64,000 nucleotides of DNA from the NCBI RefSeq assembly GCF_964204865.1, contig NC_135250.1, forward strand, positions 22,320,001 to 22,384,000. The letters are read 5' to 3'. The position numbers and the translations under genes are program-made. Shown piece after piece: positions 52,388-64,000 of this stretch. The stretch is from Styela clava (lineage: Eukaryota). The notes under the pieces were generated by a model. It saw only the letters and a list, made by a program, of their open reading frames with translations. It searched no databases and was not told the origin of the DNA. The number at the start of each line of letters is the position of its first letter. Positions within the stretch are counted from its first letter, which is position 1.

Positions 52388-54180
52388 TTTTAATAATTTG
52401 CCTAGTATCACAAATAGAGAAACGAAATTGGGGATTTTGATGATTATACCAATAATGTTAATCAATCTATCATCTGTTTATCCTAATAAATTCGAAAATG
52501 GAATATATACCCAACATTTAATGATGCCAGACTTATAATGCGAGAATGATGTAGAAAGAATGTAGACAAGTATAGGAATTCTAGAGTCTTGCTGCACTTC
52601 TACTGTTCTAGCATTTAATTTGTGCGCGCCTGGACATCATCGCTAGTTTGTCCTTTTCTAACTTTCGTTCAGTATCGTCATGCACTCCTGATCAAATACA
52701 CACACATATTGCATTGCGCTACAACCTGTTATATAGCGCTTAATTATATGCCTCGGGGTTTGAGGTAGGTTTAAGCCGATATTGAAATGACTTCGATGGG
52801 TGTCAGTGTAGAAAATCGTGTTTCCATAAAAAAATCGTAAAGATACGAGACATAAGGTAAATTGATAGGCATTCTGATTTTTCTTAAAATTCTAAAATTT
52901 TAGAAACAGCTTGTGCTGTCGCGCCATTTACAAAATTCATTTGTTTGTCTATGTAACTTCGTGGAGTACCAAGAATTCGTGTCAACAAAAGAACATCACA
53001 AAAATATAGTATAGTTGAAAACATTCAATTCAAACGTAAAATTCACGGGTAAATAAAGTGTGAGTTACTCTATAGTTGACAAAGAATCAAAATTTTTTTT
53101 TCAAAAAACATTGGAAATTTTTCATCCTATATATAGAATTTCAAACAAAAATATCATAAATCAATTATCATTTGTTTGCAGTATAAAATGGCGTATAATA
53201 TAGCAACGTCCGAGAGAACCCGAGAAAAAGCGACATGCCTCTAACTAAAACATCTCATTCAATATGAATGGATTGAAAACACGCGACAACAAAGCTGCCA
53301 GTTACAAATTTAATCATAGTCAAACCAATAATTTTTTGTATGGGAAAAATGATCTCCCAGAAATATATAAGATATCGTTTAATTTGGCCCACATTATATA
53401 GTTATTTAAATATTGATGTAATGGAGCAACAACTATACATCAAATGTTTTTCAAGTTAACCCGGACTGTTGTAGCTATTGTTCAAGGGATGGCATCCAAC
53501 TAATTTCAGATTTAATTTTCTGCTTTGGTAATTCTACATAGTATTTTACGGTTCCCATTCATTTTTGACTAACATTTACCACAAACAGTCATTTATTGAA
53601 TTTAATTAATACTAACCCAAATCATATTTACAAACTAGCACTATCAATATTGGGTAAAGCAATCAAAAGTGGGGCATCATGTATCGAGATTATAATCTTG
53701 AATTGTAGGATGTCATAATGCGAGAAGTAGTATAATACCAAGAAAAAAATGGATAAAAATGATACGAAATATTCGTCATAAACGGCCACATATTCCTCAT
53801 TGTAAGTATGATTAGTTGCAATTCAAGAGTCCCGCTGCACACTAACACAAATATATGTCTTTAACATAGTTGTAAACTGCTTGTCTGACGAAATCTGATT
53901 TAGGTCAGATGAAACGTCACAGAAATATATTTGTGTTAGTGTGCAGCAGGTATCTTGAATTGCATACGGTATTTTATTCCTGCTACAGCATTTTTGCATT
54001 ATACCCAGGGATCCACTAGCGCAAAAGCATTGAGAAAGGACTGGGAGTTAATTTCGCGCAACATCTACTGATAGGTATATTTGAATTACCCGCTAGATAA
54101 TAATCTTTGTTGCGTCACAATGATTTGTATTGTACGCTAATTTATTATTATTATTTTGGAGCAAGTAGAAACAAGCTATC

Positions 54181-55596
54181 ATGGATGCCAGTTCGTTATC
54201 ATCTCACGAAACCACAGTTGGTGAACTCCAAGAGTTTTTTGTTGTTCAAGAGTATGACAGTGCTGGTGGCTGCAAGAGAGGTTTTTATCAGATATTAGAT
54301 AGATATAACCGACATCACTATTCTGTTACGAGGGAGATTGATTCTGGCAAAACTCCAATCGTGATTCACCTGATAGATAACAAGAATAACGAAGTATTGA
54401 GAATGGAACCGAGGCTTAGGTAATTGAAAAATAATATTTAGTAAATAAATTAGAAAATTTCAAAGTGAATACTTTTACTAGACATGACACATGCAAAACA
54501 TGTCTTTAATCTTAATCACCAATTCAGTTTTTTACTTTAAATCCAGATTTACTGGTATTCTGGAGTACCCTGTGAATTAGAAATCAAATCGATTTTCGAT
54601 CCGAATTCTCGAATACTTAAATTGATGATATTATGTTTGTTTATTATCACTGATCCTTATATCAGTATACATACGACATTGAACAAGGGAATATTAATGT
54701 TGGGCACGAAATGGGCAGACAGATCGTTTTGATATTATGGTGCTACAAAATAGCGCACCTAGTGGTTCCGCGTTCGCGTTCGTTACTATCTAATGGTCAG
54801 TCGAAGTTGAGACGCCTACGATTCCGTGCAACAGATATATATTTCCACTTCAGTGTTCTGTACCGGTACTGTGAAAGATCAGATATCCGTACTACTTCGT
54901 TTTGACTTTCGGGCCCAAATATTTAGGCATTGCACTCTTGAATTATAACGAATTGAACTCAAAAGGAGAAACGCCCAGCCCCCATTTTTTTCTCATCAAA
55001 GTTGACAAAGTATTTCTTACCTAAATGAAGACTTACTCATTTGTGAGTTTGATATTTTCGTTGGCTTTCTTGTGATCAAAATTCCCCCCTTTTCTAGTTT
55101 CGATGAACTTTTTTGATAATGAATTTCTTATTTGTTTCCTATTTTTAATGAACTTTATTTCCCTTTCTCGTGAACTTACGTATTGATTTTTTTCTCAATA
55201 GGCCTTGCCATGGATTTTGTTGTTGCTTCAAAGACTGCAGTCACAGTATGGAAGTTTCTGCTAACGGTGAGCTACTTGGAGTGATTCGTCAGGGGGTGAA
55301 CTGCTTTCTGCCAAAGCTATCTGTTGAAAAGTCCGGACAAACATTCTTTATTATTAAGGAACCTGGTTGTCCGTGCTGTTGGGTGCGATGAATTAGTGTT
55401 CAACATCTTTCTTTTGGATAATCCTCAACCTGTAGCATGTATTGTAAAACTGTTTGACACATGCATGTCAGAGATACCTATGTTTAAAGTGATATTTCAT
55501 GGAAAAGATATAGATTTGATTTCAAAATTTCTCATCTTTTCTGCTACATTTCTAATAAGTATTTTGTTTTTCGAAACAGTTGATACGGGAATATAA
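54181..55596 (+). pseudogene. Scramblase-like copy 4 with an 8-bp deletion frameshift
   Basis: Exons 54181-54419 and 55202-55596. TGTTGG[ATATGCAA]GTGCGAT has lost 8 nt near 55382, which splits the ORF (55170..55391 and 55324..55596). Confidence 0.8.
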
Positions 55597-57112
55597 CCTC
55601 TTTTATTATTCAGCGGTATCACGTGACGGAAGAGCAAAGGTTAGGGTAGCGATGTATGCAAACTTGTATCGAGAGTTTTCTGTAAAGCTGGCTTAGTTGA
55701 ATATATTGTACTCGTGCGCAACTCATCTAATAGTTCGTTGACTGGCATCTAAAATTTTCAATTCATTTCTAACTCAAACTGGATAATTACTATTTTTTTT
55801 TTATATTTTAAAACGTTGGGGAGGTATTTTTTTTTCGAATCTCACATTTTTGCATCAGGAGCGACGACATTCTACAAAACCTCCTTATATTAACATAAGT
55901 TGGACAAGAGCGAATAAAACAGACCGGAAATTGGTGGTAGGACAATAACAAGATTTTACCAAAATGTTACATTCATTAAAAAAGGGTTTCATTTCTTAGC
56001 TATAATTCTAAAACTCGAGGTCGATGTTATTATTGATCAAATGAATAATGATTTCGTCAAAAAGTGGGATCGTAATTTCGAATTAATAGTTGGGTACTTA
56101 AATGTGTCGATTAGTTCTGTGCCAATTTTATAATCAATTCATATTCAATGAGCTGTTTTAGAGGCATGGCAAATTGCGATTATTACTTTTCTCAGTAATT
56201 AGTGTAAAATACAGGATACGCCATAAAAGATCATGACCGATCGATGAAACTTGATCTTGGAAATACAACGTAATCGTTACATTATCAAATGTTTGTTTGG
56301 CAAATGCGAGTCAGTCTACTAGAACTTGATGTGTTTTAGAAACTAGGAATCTGGGAGTAATTGCTAGTTGAATAACACAACAGCAAATATAATATTATAA
56401 TTCAAAATGATAATTTACGTTTTAGAATGCTGAATATTATTATATATAATTTGATTTTTTCTAAGCTGGCTGAAAATAATTGCATAGAATATTTCTCGTG
56501 TGTAATTTTATCAAAAAACGATATAATGCGCTTTGCATATATATAATACATATAAATATTTTAGCTCATTTGTAGTTAAATTTATATGTTTTATGTAGCA
56601 GTGAGAATTGATCTTGAGGTCAAACACCAACTTTAAAGCTCACCAACATTGAAAACATTACCGGTATAGGCGTGAAGTAAACATTATGAGCATCTTATAT
56701 TTTGCAGTTCTCGATATGCTTAGATGAATGTCATCTATTGTTCAACAAAAATAGATAAGTTAAGAATAGATTTCAATATTATGTTTTTGTAATGAGCTTC
56801 TGACTATCATATATAAAGAAAATGCTAATTCAGCGATAATTGTGGACAAACCCATACAACACCTAAAGCTTATCTAAGAATAGATTTCACTCAGCATGTG
56901 TTTCAGTAATCTTGTGAATAAGTTGGTACAAAAGCTCTTGCGGAGAGAGGTATAAACTTCATAGTAAATGTAACATGCGCCTTGCGTGTCAATTTCAGAA
57001 TGTTTGAGAATCCGTAAAGTAAAATAGCGAGAATCCAATTTCAAAACGTTTGTCGTCATTTTGTGTTTAGTTGCTCACTGTAATATATATAGAACAAAAA
57101 AAACATTATAGC

Positions 57113-60100
57113 ATGGAAAATAACGTTGACCTTAACTCAATGCAGCTGATTTTAACGGAACATATGAAGAAGACGTGGATGGGGGCTAAAGGCTTAGAAG
57201 ATTACAAAGGATATCAATTCATGCCTGGATTTGGTCTTGAAGCCACTAAGTATGCTTACGATGAATGGAAGATTCCTGAAAATTCAGTTTTTATCTCAAG
57301 CTTTCCAAAAACAGGTAAAAATTTATTTTTGTTCATTTATTCATTTGAAAAAAAAAAAAAAAAATAAATAAACGGGTTTCGGTTTTACGCATGAAAGAAA
57401 GTCCGGTTTGTAATGTATATAACAAAGTGGCAAAAGTATACAGAAATTTAAATGAAATTTTACAATATTATCCTAAATTATCTATTTTTTTACTGAATGC
57501 ATGGATTTATCACTTTGCGCTCAATTTTTAAAATTGTTTTTAAAGCAATACTTTATCAATTTCGTTCAAATTATTTAGGTACGGCATGGTGTTTGGAAAC
57601 TGTGAAACAAATATTGTACGGCAGAGATAAACATCTTCTAGATATGTATCGTACTGTTCCGATGCCAATGTTTCTGGTGGAAATGAGTGTTCGTAAGTAA
57701 ATTTAATTCCATAAATTGAATGCAAGTATCTAAACCACGAATAGCGAGTCAGATCGAGTCATTCTTTGCCAGAGTCTTCAGTCAAGTCCGAATAACTGCA
57801 AAGTTCTAAAGCTTTCCATCACTATAATTGTATTGATTTTAAATAAAAGTCAATTTCAATAAAACCACTCATATTTTGAAGAAAAAGAGCTAGCCATACC
57901 ATATATCATTTTTTGATGGGAAGTGTTCTTTAACTACTGGAATTGCTTTGAAATATTCAGTAGTCTAGGATTGTTGTTGTCGCTAGAAGGCTATTATTAT
58001 CACTTATTAAAAAAAATTCTGCGGGCTCAATGGGACAATGTTTTTTTTATGCGTGATGTTGTCTTGCGCACCTTGTGGCGATTCCGCGTTCGTGACCTGG
58101 TGGTTAGTCGAAGTCGGCAATACTGCGGTACCGGTTCTGTAAAAGATCAGATACCGGTACCGGTACTTATTCATTTTGACTTTTGTGTCCAAATAAATCA
58201 ACTGTTTTACTAAATGCGGAAAGCAATATCTGCACGTGTGTATACTGTTGCTAAAAAATAAACTTCCAAAAAATTCTTTAAATTATTAACTTTTAGCGGG
58301 AAAATTTGATGTGTTCGACAAACTACCTCATTCAACGCAAGTGTTTGCAACTCATTTAACAGAGGAACTTTTCAACTATGAGAAAATGAAGAGATCAAAC
58401 AGCAAGGTGTGTTGACAGTATGGATATATTTAGTTTTGATCGAAGTTTGAGAAATTGACATGATGTATAACGTAAATATGTATCAATAACGATAACGTTG
58501 CCAGTACCGTTCAAATGTCCCTACTTTTATTATATACCGTAAATGTACTGTGTCAACTTAGCTTTACTTAATTTACTGTATCTGGTTTTCTTTATCACTG
58601 CACATCAAAACCACTTCACATTATACGCACGTGGGCGGCCACAACCCTATAATTCCCCAAACCTATTTTCGCCAGAAACGCGTATCCAGTATCCAGTATC
58701 CAATTGAGGAGGGGATTCACCTGCCCATCGTTGGTCTGATGATTTTTAATTAAAGAATGTTTGTTAAATAATTCAACAGTACCATAGGGTATTCACAATC
58801 CGTAAATCAATTCTTTTCGATCAGATATTCGTACCTTGTGTCGCTGTTCGATAACCAGCTTCGGTTCCCAGTGGCTTTCCTTACAATAATTACTGTCTCT
58901 CGAGTTTTCAAGAAGTTCAGTACAAGTTCTGGTGAATTTAGAATTAATTGTTGGTTGTGGCAGTATGACGGGTCATATAGGCAAAATATGTAGTGGAATC
59001 CAGACTGAAAAATTATTTCAATGTTATATTATGGAATTGCTATACTTTTTACTTTCGCAGATGATATACGTCATACGTAATCCCAAAGACCAAGCCGTTT
59101 CCTGGTTGCATTTTTCCAGGAAATTACCACTGCCTGAGGAAACAAAGAAGCAAATGGGAGAAGAGTGGAATGAATTTTTCCATAACTACGTACTTGGTAT
59201 AAATAAGTTGATTATGAAATTAATGAAATCATTTTCATGCATGGAAAAATGTGAAATTAATGGCACTCTCAACGCAGATTTTACGATGTGGTGCACCAGA
59301 GATAGAGTCAACGAACGTACGTTTCACGTTCATGTTCACGTACTATACTTACATTTTACGTACTGTCGCCTGTTGATTTCCGTCTTAATTAAAAGACATG
59401 TTGTCAAAAATATCGCGGTTCGGAGTGGTGAGATACTATTTTGGTAACTTAGCTCAACCCACTTCTAGAGCAACCCACGCTTGAATCATATGTGTAGCGA
59501 GCTACCCTGGTAGGTCTGAGCATTTCGAATCGAATCGTAAATTTTCGAATCAGTCCAGGCGAAAATTTTAAATCTCCACCAGCTTGTTATTTGTTGTCCG
59601 CTAAAGGTCGAGATCATTCTTCCATTTTTTTAAGCAATCTCCCGTCGAAATGTTTTTAAAAGGCATTTCTTTTCTTCCTAGTAAGTTATTGTTGAAACAT
59701 GTTTCTTATTGTATGTAACTCAGCAAACAGACTGAATGATGACCATTTAAATAAAAACCTTGTGTTTATTCAAATATCTTCCAATTATTCGAGATTCGAT
59801 TCGCTTCGGAAAAATATTCGAATCGATTGTGAAATCATCAGGTATTAAATGTCCCTAGTATGTCTATGGACAAGAATAACATTGCTGTACGAATGCACTA
59901 GTCTAGTGTAGTTATTTAAAATAAAATATTGATAGATTTACATTCAAGATATTCTTTCCAGGAAAACATCCACAATGCAATAAAGAAGGTCAATGGTATC
60001 CAGACCACATTAAGGAATGGATGAAATATAAAAAGGATGAAAATTTTCTTGTGGTTGTTTACGAAGATATGAAAATGGTGAATATTTGTGGTAATGTTAA

Positions 60101-61224
60101 ATTTTTTTACGGCTCAAATTTTTTAATTCCTTGGGCAGAATGAACGCCACCATTTCAACTACAATAATGAATTTAACAACAACAATAAAAATTTATCGAA
60201 ACGTTTATCTACACTTGATTTCTGATAACATAAAAACGCGCGGGTTAATCATATATAATTAAAACTATCATTGAGTTTGAACAAGCCTGAGTGGGTTAAA
60301 ATAGAGCCAAATGCTGTTTTCAATCATACTATAGAAATTGTCCTTGCGACTTGTGGGCCAAAAGCGGCCCGCGAATAAAGTTTTTCGGCCCTCAAACGAC
60401 CTGACCTCACTTTTAATGCATAAAAACAAAAAGTTGGTTAGTTATTCTTGTATTATTGATGAGTTTTTTTATGGTATGTTGTGTGTGAGAGTGGTGATCT
60501 TCCACCTGTGAAAATATGATTTACAATATTATGTGATGATAATTTAATGTGTTTATGTGTTTTTAGTTGAATTAATATCTGAAACTAATTCCAGAATTTT
60601 CAAAATGAGATTCGTCGAATCGCGAATTTCTTAGCTGTAGATCTCAGCGACAATAACGTCGCTAATGTTGCTGAAGTATGTTCTATCAAATCGATGAAGG
60701 AACATGCAGATGTTGAAAAATCTGGATTTTTGAAGATGAATGTCCGAAAAGGTATGATTATGCCGGTTCGGTAATGCAGAGGAGAATTTTTGATCCAATG
60801 CGCATGACGTTCTAGCAATAATACCTACTTATAGTTGATTGATTCCTGAATATTTTGGTCGAACAAATCAAACCAACAAGTCGTATTGACTGATGCATTC
60901 AAATTCTGACTCTTGCAAGAGACAAATATGAGACTATTCGAATACAAACAAATTTTAATTTTTCCATCTCTTTGTAGTAAGTATACGAAGGAAAGAATTA
61001 TTCTTAAACACTGGCAAGCTGCTACATTTATGGGGTCATAGGCTGGTAGTTGGACGCAAACCTGATTTATTAGTTTGTCACCATGGACCGACATCTTATA
61101 TCTTTTTTTAGGAGAGATCGGTGGGTGGAAAAATCAGTTCACGGTGGCGCAATCTGAACTAATGGATAAGCTGATAAAAGAACAACTAGGCGACACTGGC
61201 ATCGAATTCACATATGAAATGTAA
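57113..61224 (+). CDS. Cytosolic PAPS-dependent sulfotransferase (SULT family), 315 aa, 7 coding exons
   Basis: Exons 57113-57314, 57579-57692, 58297-58406, 59061-59196, 59962-60077, 60595-60751, 61112-61224 (948 nt, phases consistent). Motifs: SFPKTGTAW (5'-PSB loop), ATHL (catalytic His), RNPKDQAVS (3'-PB), YEDMK and RKGEIGGWKNQFT. Confidence 0.92.
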
Positions 61225-61344
61225 TCGTTTGGGAATACAGTGATGACGACTAGAGCAAATGGACTGAGAACATATTTATTGTTGTTTTATTAACTTTCAA
61301 GACATCGGAGTGTTTTTACTAAGTCTCGTTTTTTACATTCCAAA

Positions 61345-61350
61345 AATAAA
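61345..61350 (+). terminator. Putative polyadenylation signal of the sulfotransferase gene
   Basis: AATAAA lies 120 nt after the stop codon; the AT-rich background makes this weak evidence. Confidence 0.4.
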
Positions 61351-61899
61351 TTATTCGGTGAGCAAGCATATTCAAAAAGACTCAAGTTTTAATGGAAAGG
61401 GGATAGGAACGTCATAAAAGTCAACACAGAAAAAATATCTTACGATTTACTGACCACAGAATAAAAATTTGTGAATCCAGTCACCTGTGTTACTTTGGAT
61501 TAATGAAAAAATCTGGAAGTCAAAGAAAGTAATTTTGGTTAATAGCACAAATTCCATCTACAAGAAACGAAAATCGATCGATCTCTTTGCGATCTAGATA
61601 CCGTCAATTGCTATGTCATAATCACAGTTTAAGCACGTGTTTATCGTAACAATCCAATTATATCGGTATTTAGAAAGGCAGAAATTTAGTTAAAAGTCAT
61701 ATAAGAAAGCTTAGAGAAGTTGTAAGAAATGTTTCCTCATTTTAATTATGGGCACTAGGCTGTGTTCCAGAAAAGTGTTTCGTAATATCTATTTTCGCAA
61801 TCATGCCAGTTCCGCGATAATCATTCAATCTTATAAGCGTAGTACATTCGTTTTCAGCTAAATGGAGTGATTATTATCCAAAATTTGATTCTGATTTGA

Positions 61900-63815
61900 T
61901 TTGATTCTAATGATTCTGATTGTTATTCATTTACATATGCTTTCCTTGATTATGGCTCGTCACGTTCATTTTGCACCACTGATCTTGCTAAGAGATTAGG
62001 CCTTCAAGGTGAAACTGAGGAGTGTACTATTCACACTGCCAGTGGTTCAAAGCCTCACTCAGGAAAGAGAGTATCTCTCACTATTACTGGTATTAATGAG
62101 CCTAACGAAATATGTGTAAATAATATTTTAACTTTTGATGGTATTCCTGATTTACGTGACTCTATCCCACATCAGGAAGTAGTGGAACAGTATCCACACT
62201 TACATGGTTTATACTTCCCTGAAGTAAATGGCACTATTGAGGTGCTGATAGGTTCTGATGTATTGGGACAATTTCCCATCTCAGACACATGTGTTGGTGA
62301 ACAAGGCTCACCAACTGCTTACCATACAATTTTAGGTTGGGCTCTAGCAGGTCCTGACAAAAATGCTCAAATTTCAAATTGTGTCGAGTCAATTTTTTGA
62401 AAGCAGGTTATAGTTCTGCAAATTCTATTGAAGAAAGTACTAATTTATCTATGTGTCATGTTTGTGGTCATGATTTTGTTGATTTATATGCTGATCCATG
62501 TACTACAGAGTTTTCTGTCGATGACAAGAAAGCATTGAGCATTATGGCAGATACAATGAAAATGATAAACGGTAGGTATCAAATTGCCTTACCCTGGGTA
62601 TCTGATAATGTAACCCTCCCTAATAATCGTTTTTTAGCAGAAAAAAGGCTAATGTATCTCAAGCGAAAATTCCAGAAAGACCCAGATCTTTTCCAAAAAT
62701 ACAAAGATAAAATACATGAATACATCCAGAATGGTTATGCAGAATACATACCCATACATGAATTGCCACACAGTAACAGAACATCATATTTACCACATCA
62801 CTATACTGGCCAAAAAGTTCGGGTAGTATTTGATTGTTCAGCCGAGTTTCAAGGCACTCGTTTGAATAACAACTTGTTATCAGGTCCTTTCAATACTAAT
62901 ACGTTGGTTGGTGTTCTTTTGTGTTTCCGACAGGAACCCGTTGCGGTAATTTGTGACATCCGTCAAATGTTTCATAGAATTCGGGTAAATCCACCTGATT
63001 GTGATTCCATGCGATTTCTTTGGTGGCCCAATGATGATTTATCTCGAGACCCTGTTGAGCTAAAAATGTTGAGTCATATATTTGGTTGTAAGAGTTCTCC
63101 ATCTGTTGCTACATTTGCGCTACGGAAGGTAGCTGATGATAATTTATCCAATGCTGACTCTGTCACTATTGAAACTGTTAATCGTAATTTTTTCGTGGAT
63201 GATTGTTTGAAAAGTTTGCCTACTGCTGACCAAATCGTCAGTTTGATATCTCAACTACGTAAGCTATTAGATACATGTGGTTTTCATCATGCCAAGTTCA
63301 TAAGCAATGACCAAGCTGTGTTAGATTCGATACCTGATGAAGATAAAGCCCCATCTATGGTAGATTTTGACATTCAAGGTGATTCCTCAAATAAGACACT
63401 CGTTGTGCATTGGCGCATCGATGCTGACAAATTTGTAATTCGTATAAATGTTGAGCCTCTTCCTCTAACACGGAGAGGTATTTTGTCAATGGTAAGTCAA
63501 GTATTTGACCCATTAGGATTTGTCCAACCATTTATTTTGCCCGCAAAACTTATTCTTCGCGAGTTGTGCGATGAAGGTTATTCCTGGGATGATACCATTT
63601 CTGGCCCACCTAGAGAAAGTTGGGAAAATTGGATCGCTTCATTATCCAACTTAAATAATTTGTCTATTCCTCGTTGTTCCAAGCCAGCTGACTTCACACC
63701 CACTGAGGTACAGTTGCATTTGTTCTGTGACGCTAGCAGAGTTGGTTATGGTTGTTCGAGTTATTTGCGTATGATTGATTGATGCAGCAAATGACTTCAT
63801 GTCGTTTTTGTTAGA
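61900..63815 (+). mobile_element. BEL/Pao LTR-retrotransposon pol fragment (protease, reverse transcriptase, start of RNase H), frameshifted and truncated
   Basis: Protease motifs TYAFLDYGSS, VLIGSD and LGWALAGP. RT motifs YLPHH, KVRVVFDCSA, DIRQMF, RFLWW, HIFGCKSSP and NFFVDD. Downstream are FDPLG and the RNase H motif LHLFCDAS..GYG..YLR. There is a frameshift near 62380-62400, and no gag, integrase or LTR is visible. Confidence 0.92.
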
Positions 63816-64000
63816 GGCCATATAGTGACACGCACATATACACACATTGTACATAACATGCACCTATTCACAACATACATACCACAACAGGAATTATGCT
63901 TGTACCACATTCCTACCCTTTCCTCAGAGATTCTCGTTTACCATTTTTATGTATCTCTAATGGTGCTCATTCTTTCAGATTAATTATTTCTGATTAATTT

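Larger units (their letters stand above)
1..56096. repeat. Four-unit tandem segmental duplication (GMC oxidoreductase + scramblase-like gene, plus a collagen-discoidin relic in units 1-3); unit 4 partial
   Basis: The sequence at position 1 (ATG(G/A)AAAAATGCATTT...) recurs at 16083, 29624 and 46052. Near-identical ORFs recur in the ORF track (e.g. 10108/25518/39478 and 4269/21130/35433/51058). Similarity of unit 4 to the others ends near 56096. Confidence 0.95.

Noticed and set aside
62370-62400. Programmed ribosomal frameshift in the BEL/Pao element
   Set aside because: BEL/Pao elements normally have a single ORF through protease and RT, so a mutation in a truncated copy is the simpler explanation.

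Overview
AT-rich, intron-containing animal DNA; the gene and repeat content would fit an invertebrate chordate such as an ascidian, which is inference only. About 56 kb is a four-unit tandem array (approx. 1-16082, 16083-29623, 29624-46051, 46052-56096). Each unit carries a 13-exon, probably secreted GMC (glucose-methanol-choline) oxidoreductase gene on the - strand, head-to-head with a 2-exon phospholipid-scramblase-like gene on the + strand. Units 1-3 also carry a decayed gene for a signal peptide-short collagen-neck-discoidin (F5/8C) protein. The copies are mosaic and broken in different ways. GMC copies 3 and 4 are intact, copy 2 is a frameshifted chimera, and copy 1 has a +2 frameshift that a duplicated splice donor could rescue. 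Scramblase copies 1 and 3 are intact; copies 2 and 4 are broken. To the right of the array lie an intact 7-exon cytosolic sulfotransferase gene and a truncated BEL/Pao pol fragment, and a sulfotransferase relic sits inside unit 1. Because paralogous units supply empty sites, several DNA transposons (hAT derivatives, a long-TIR element with an AT target duplication, MITEs) and a solo-LTR-like insert can be delimited. No rRNA, tRNA or CRISPR array was seen. All exon coordinates were read by hand from GT-AG sites and frame continuity.
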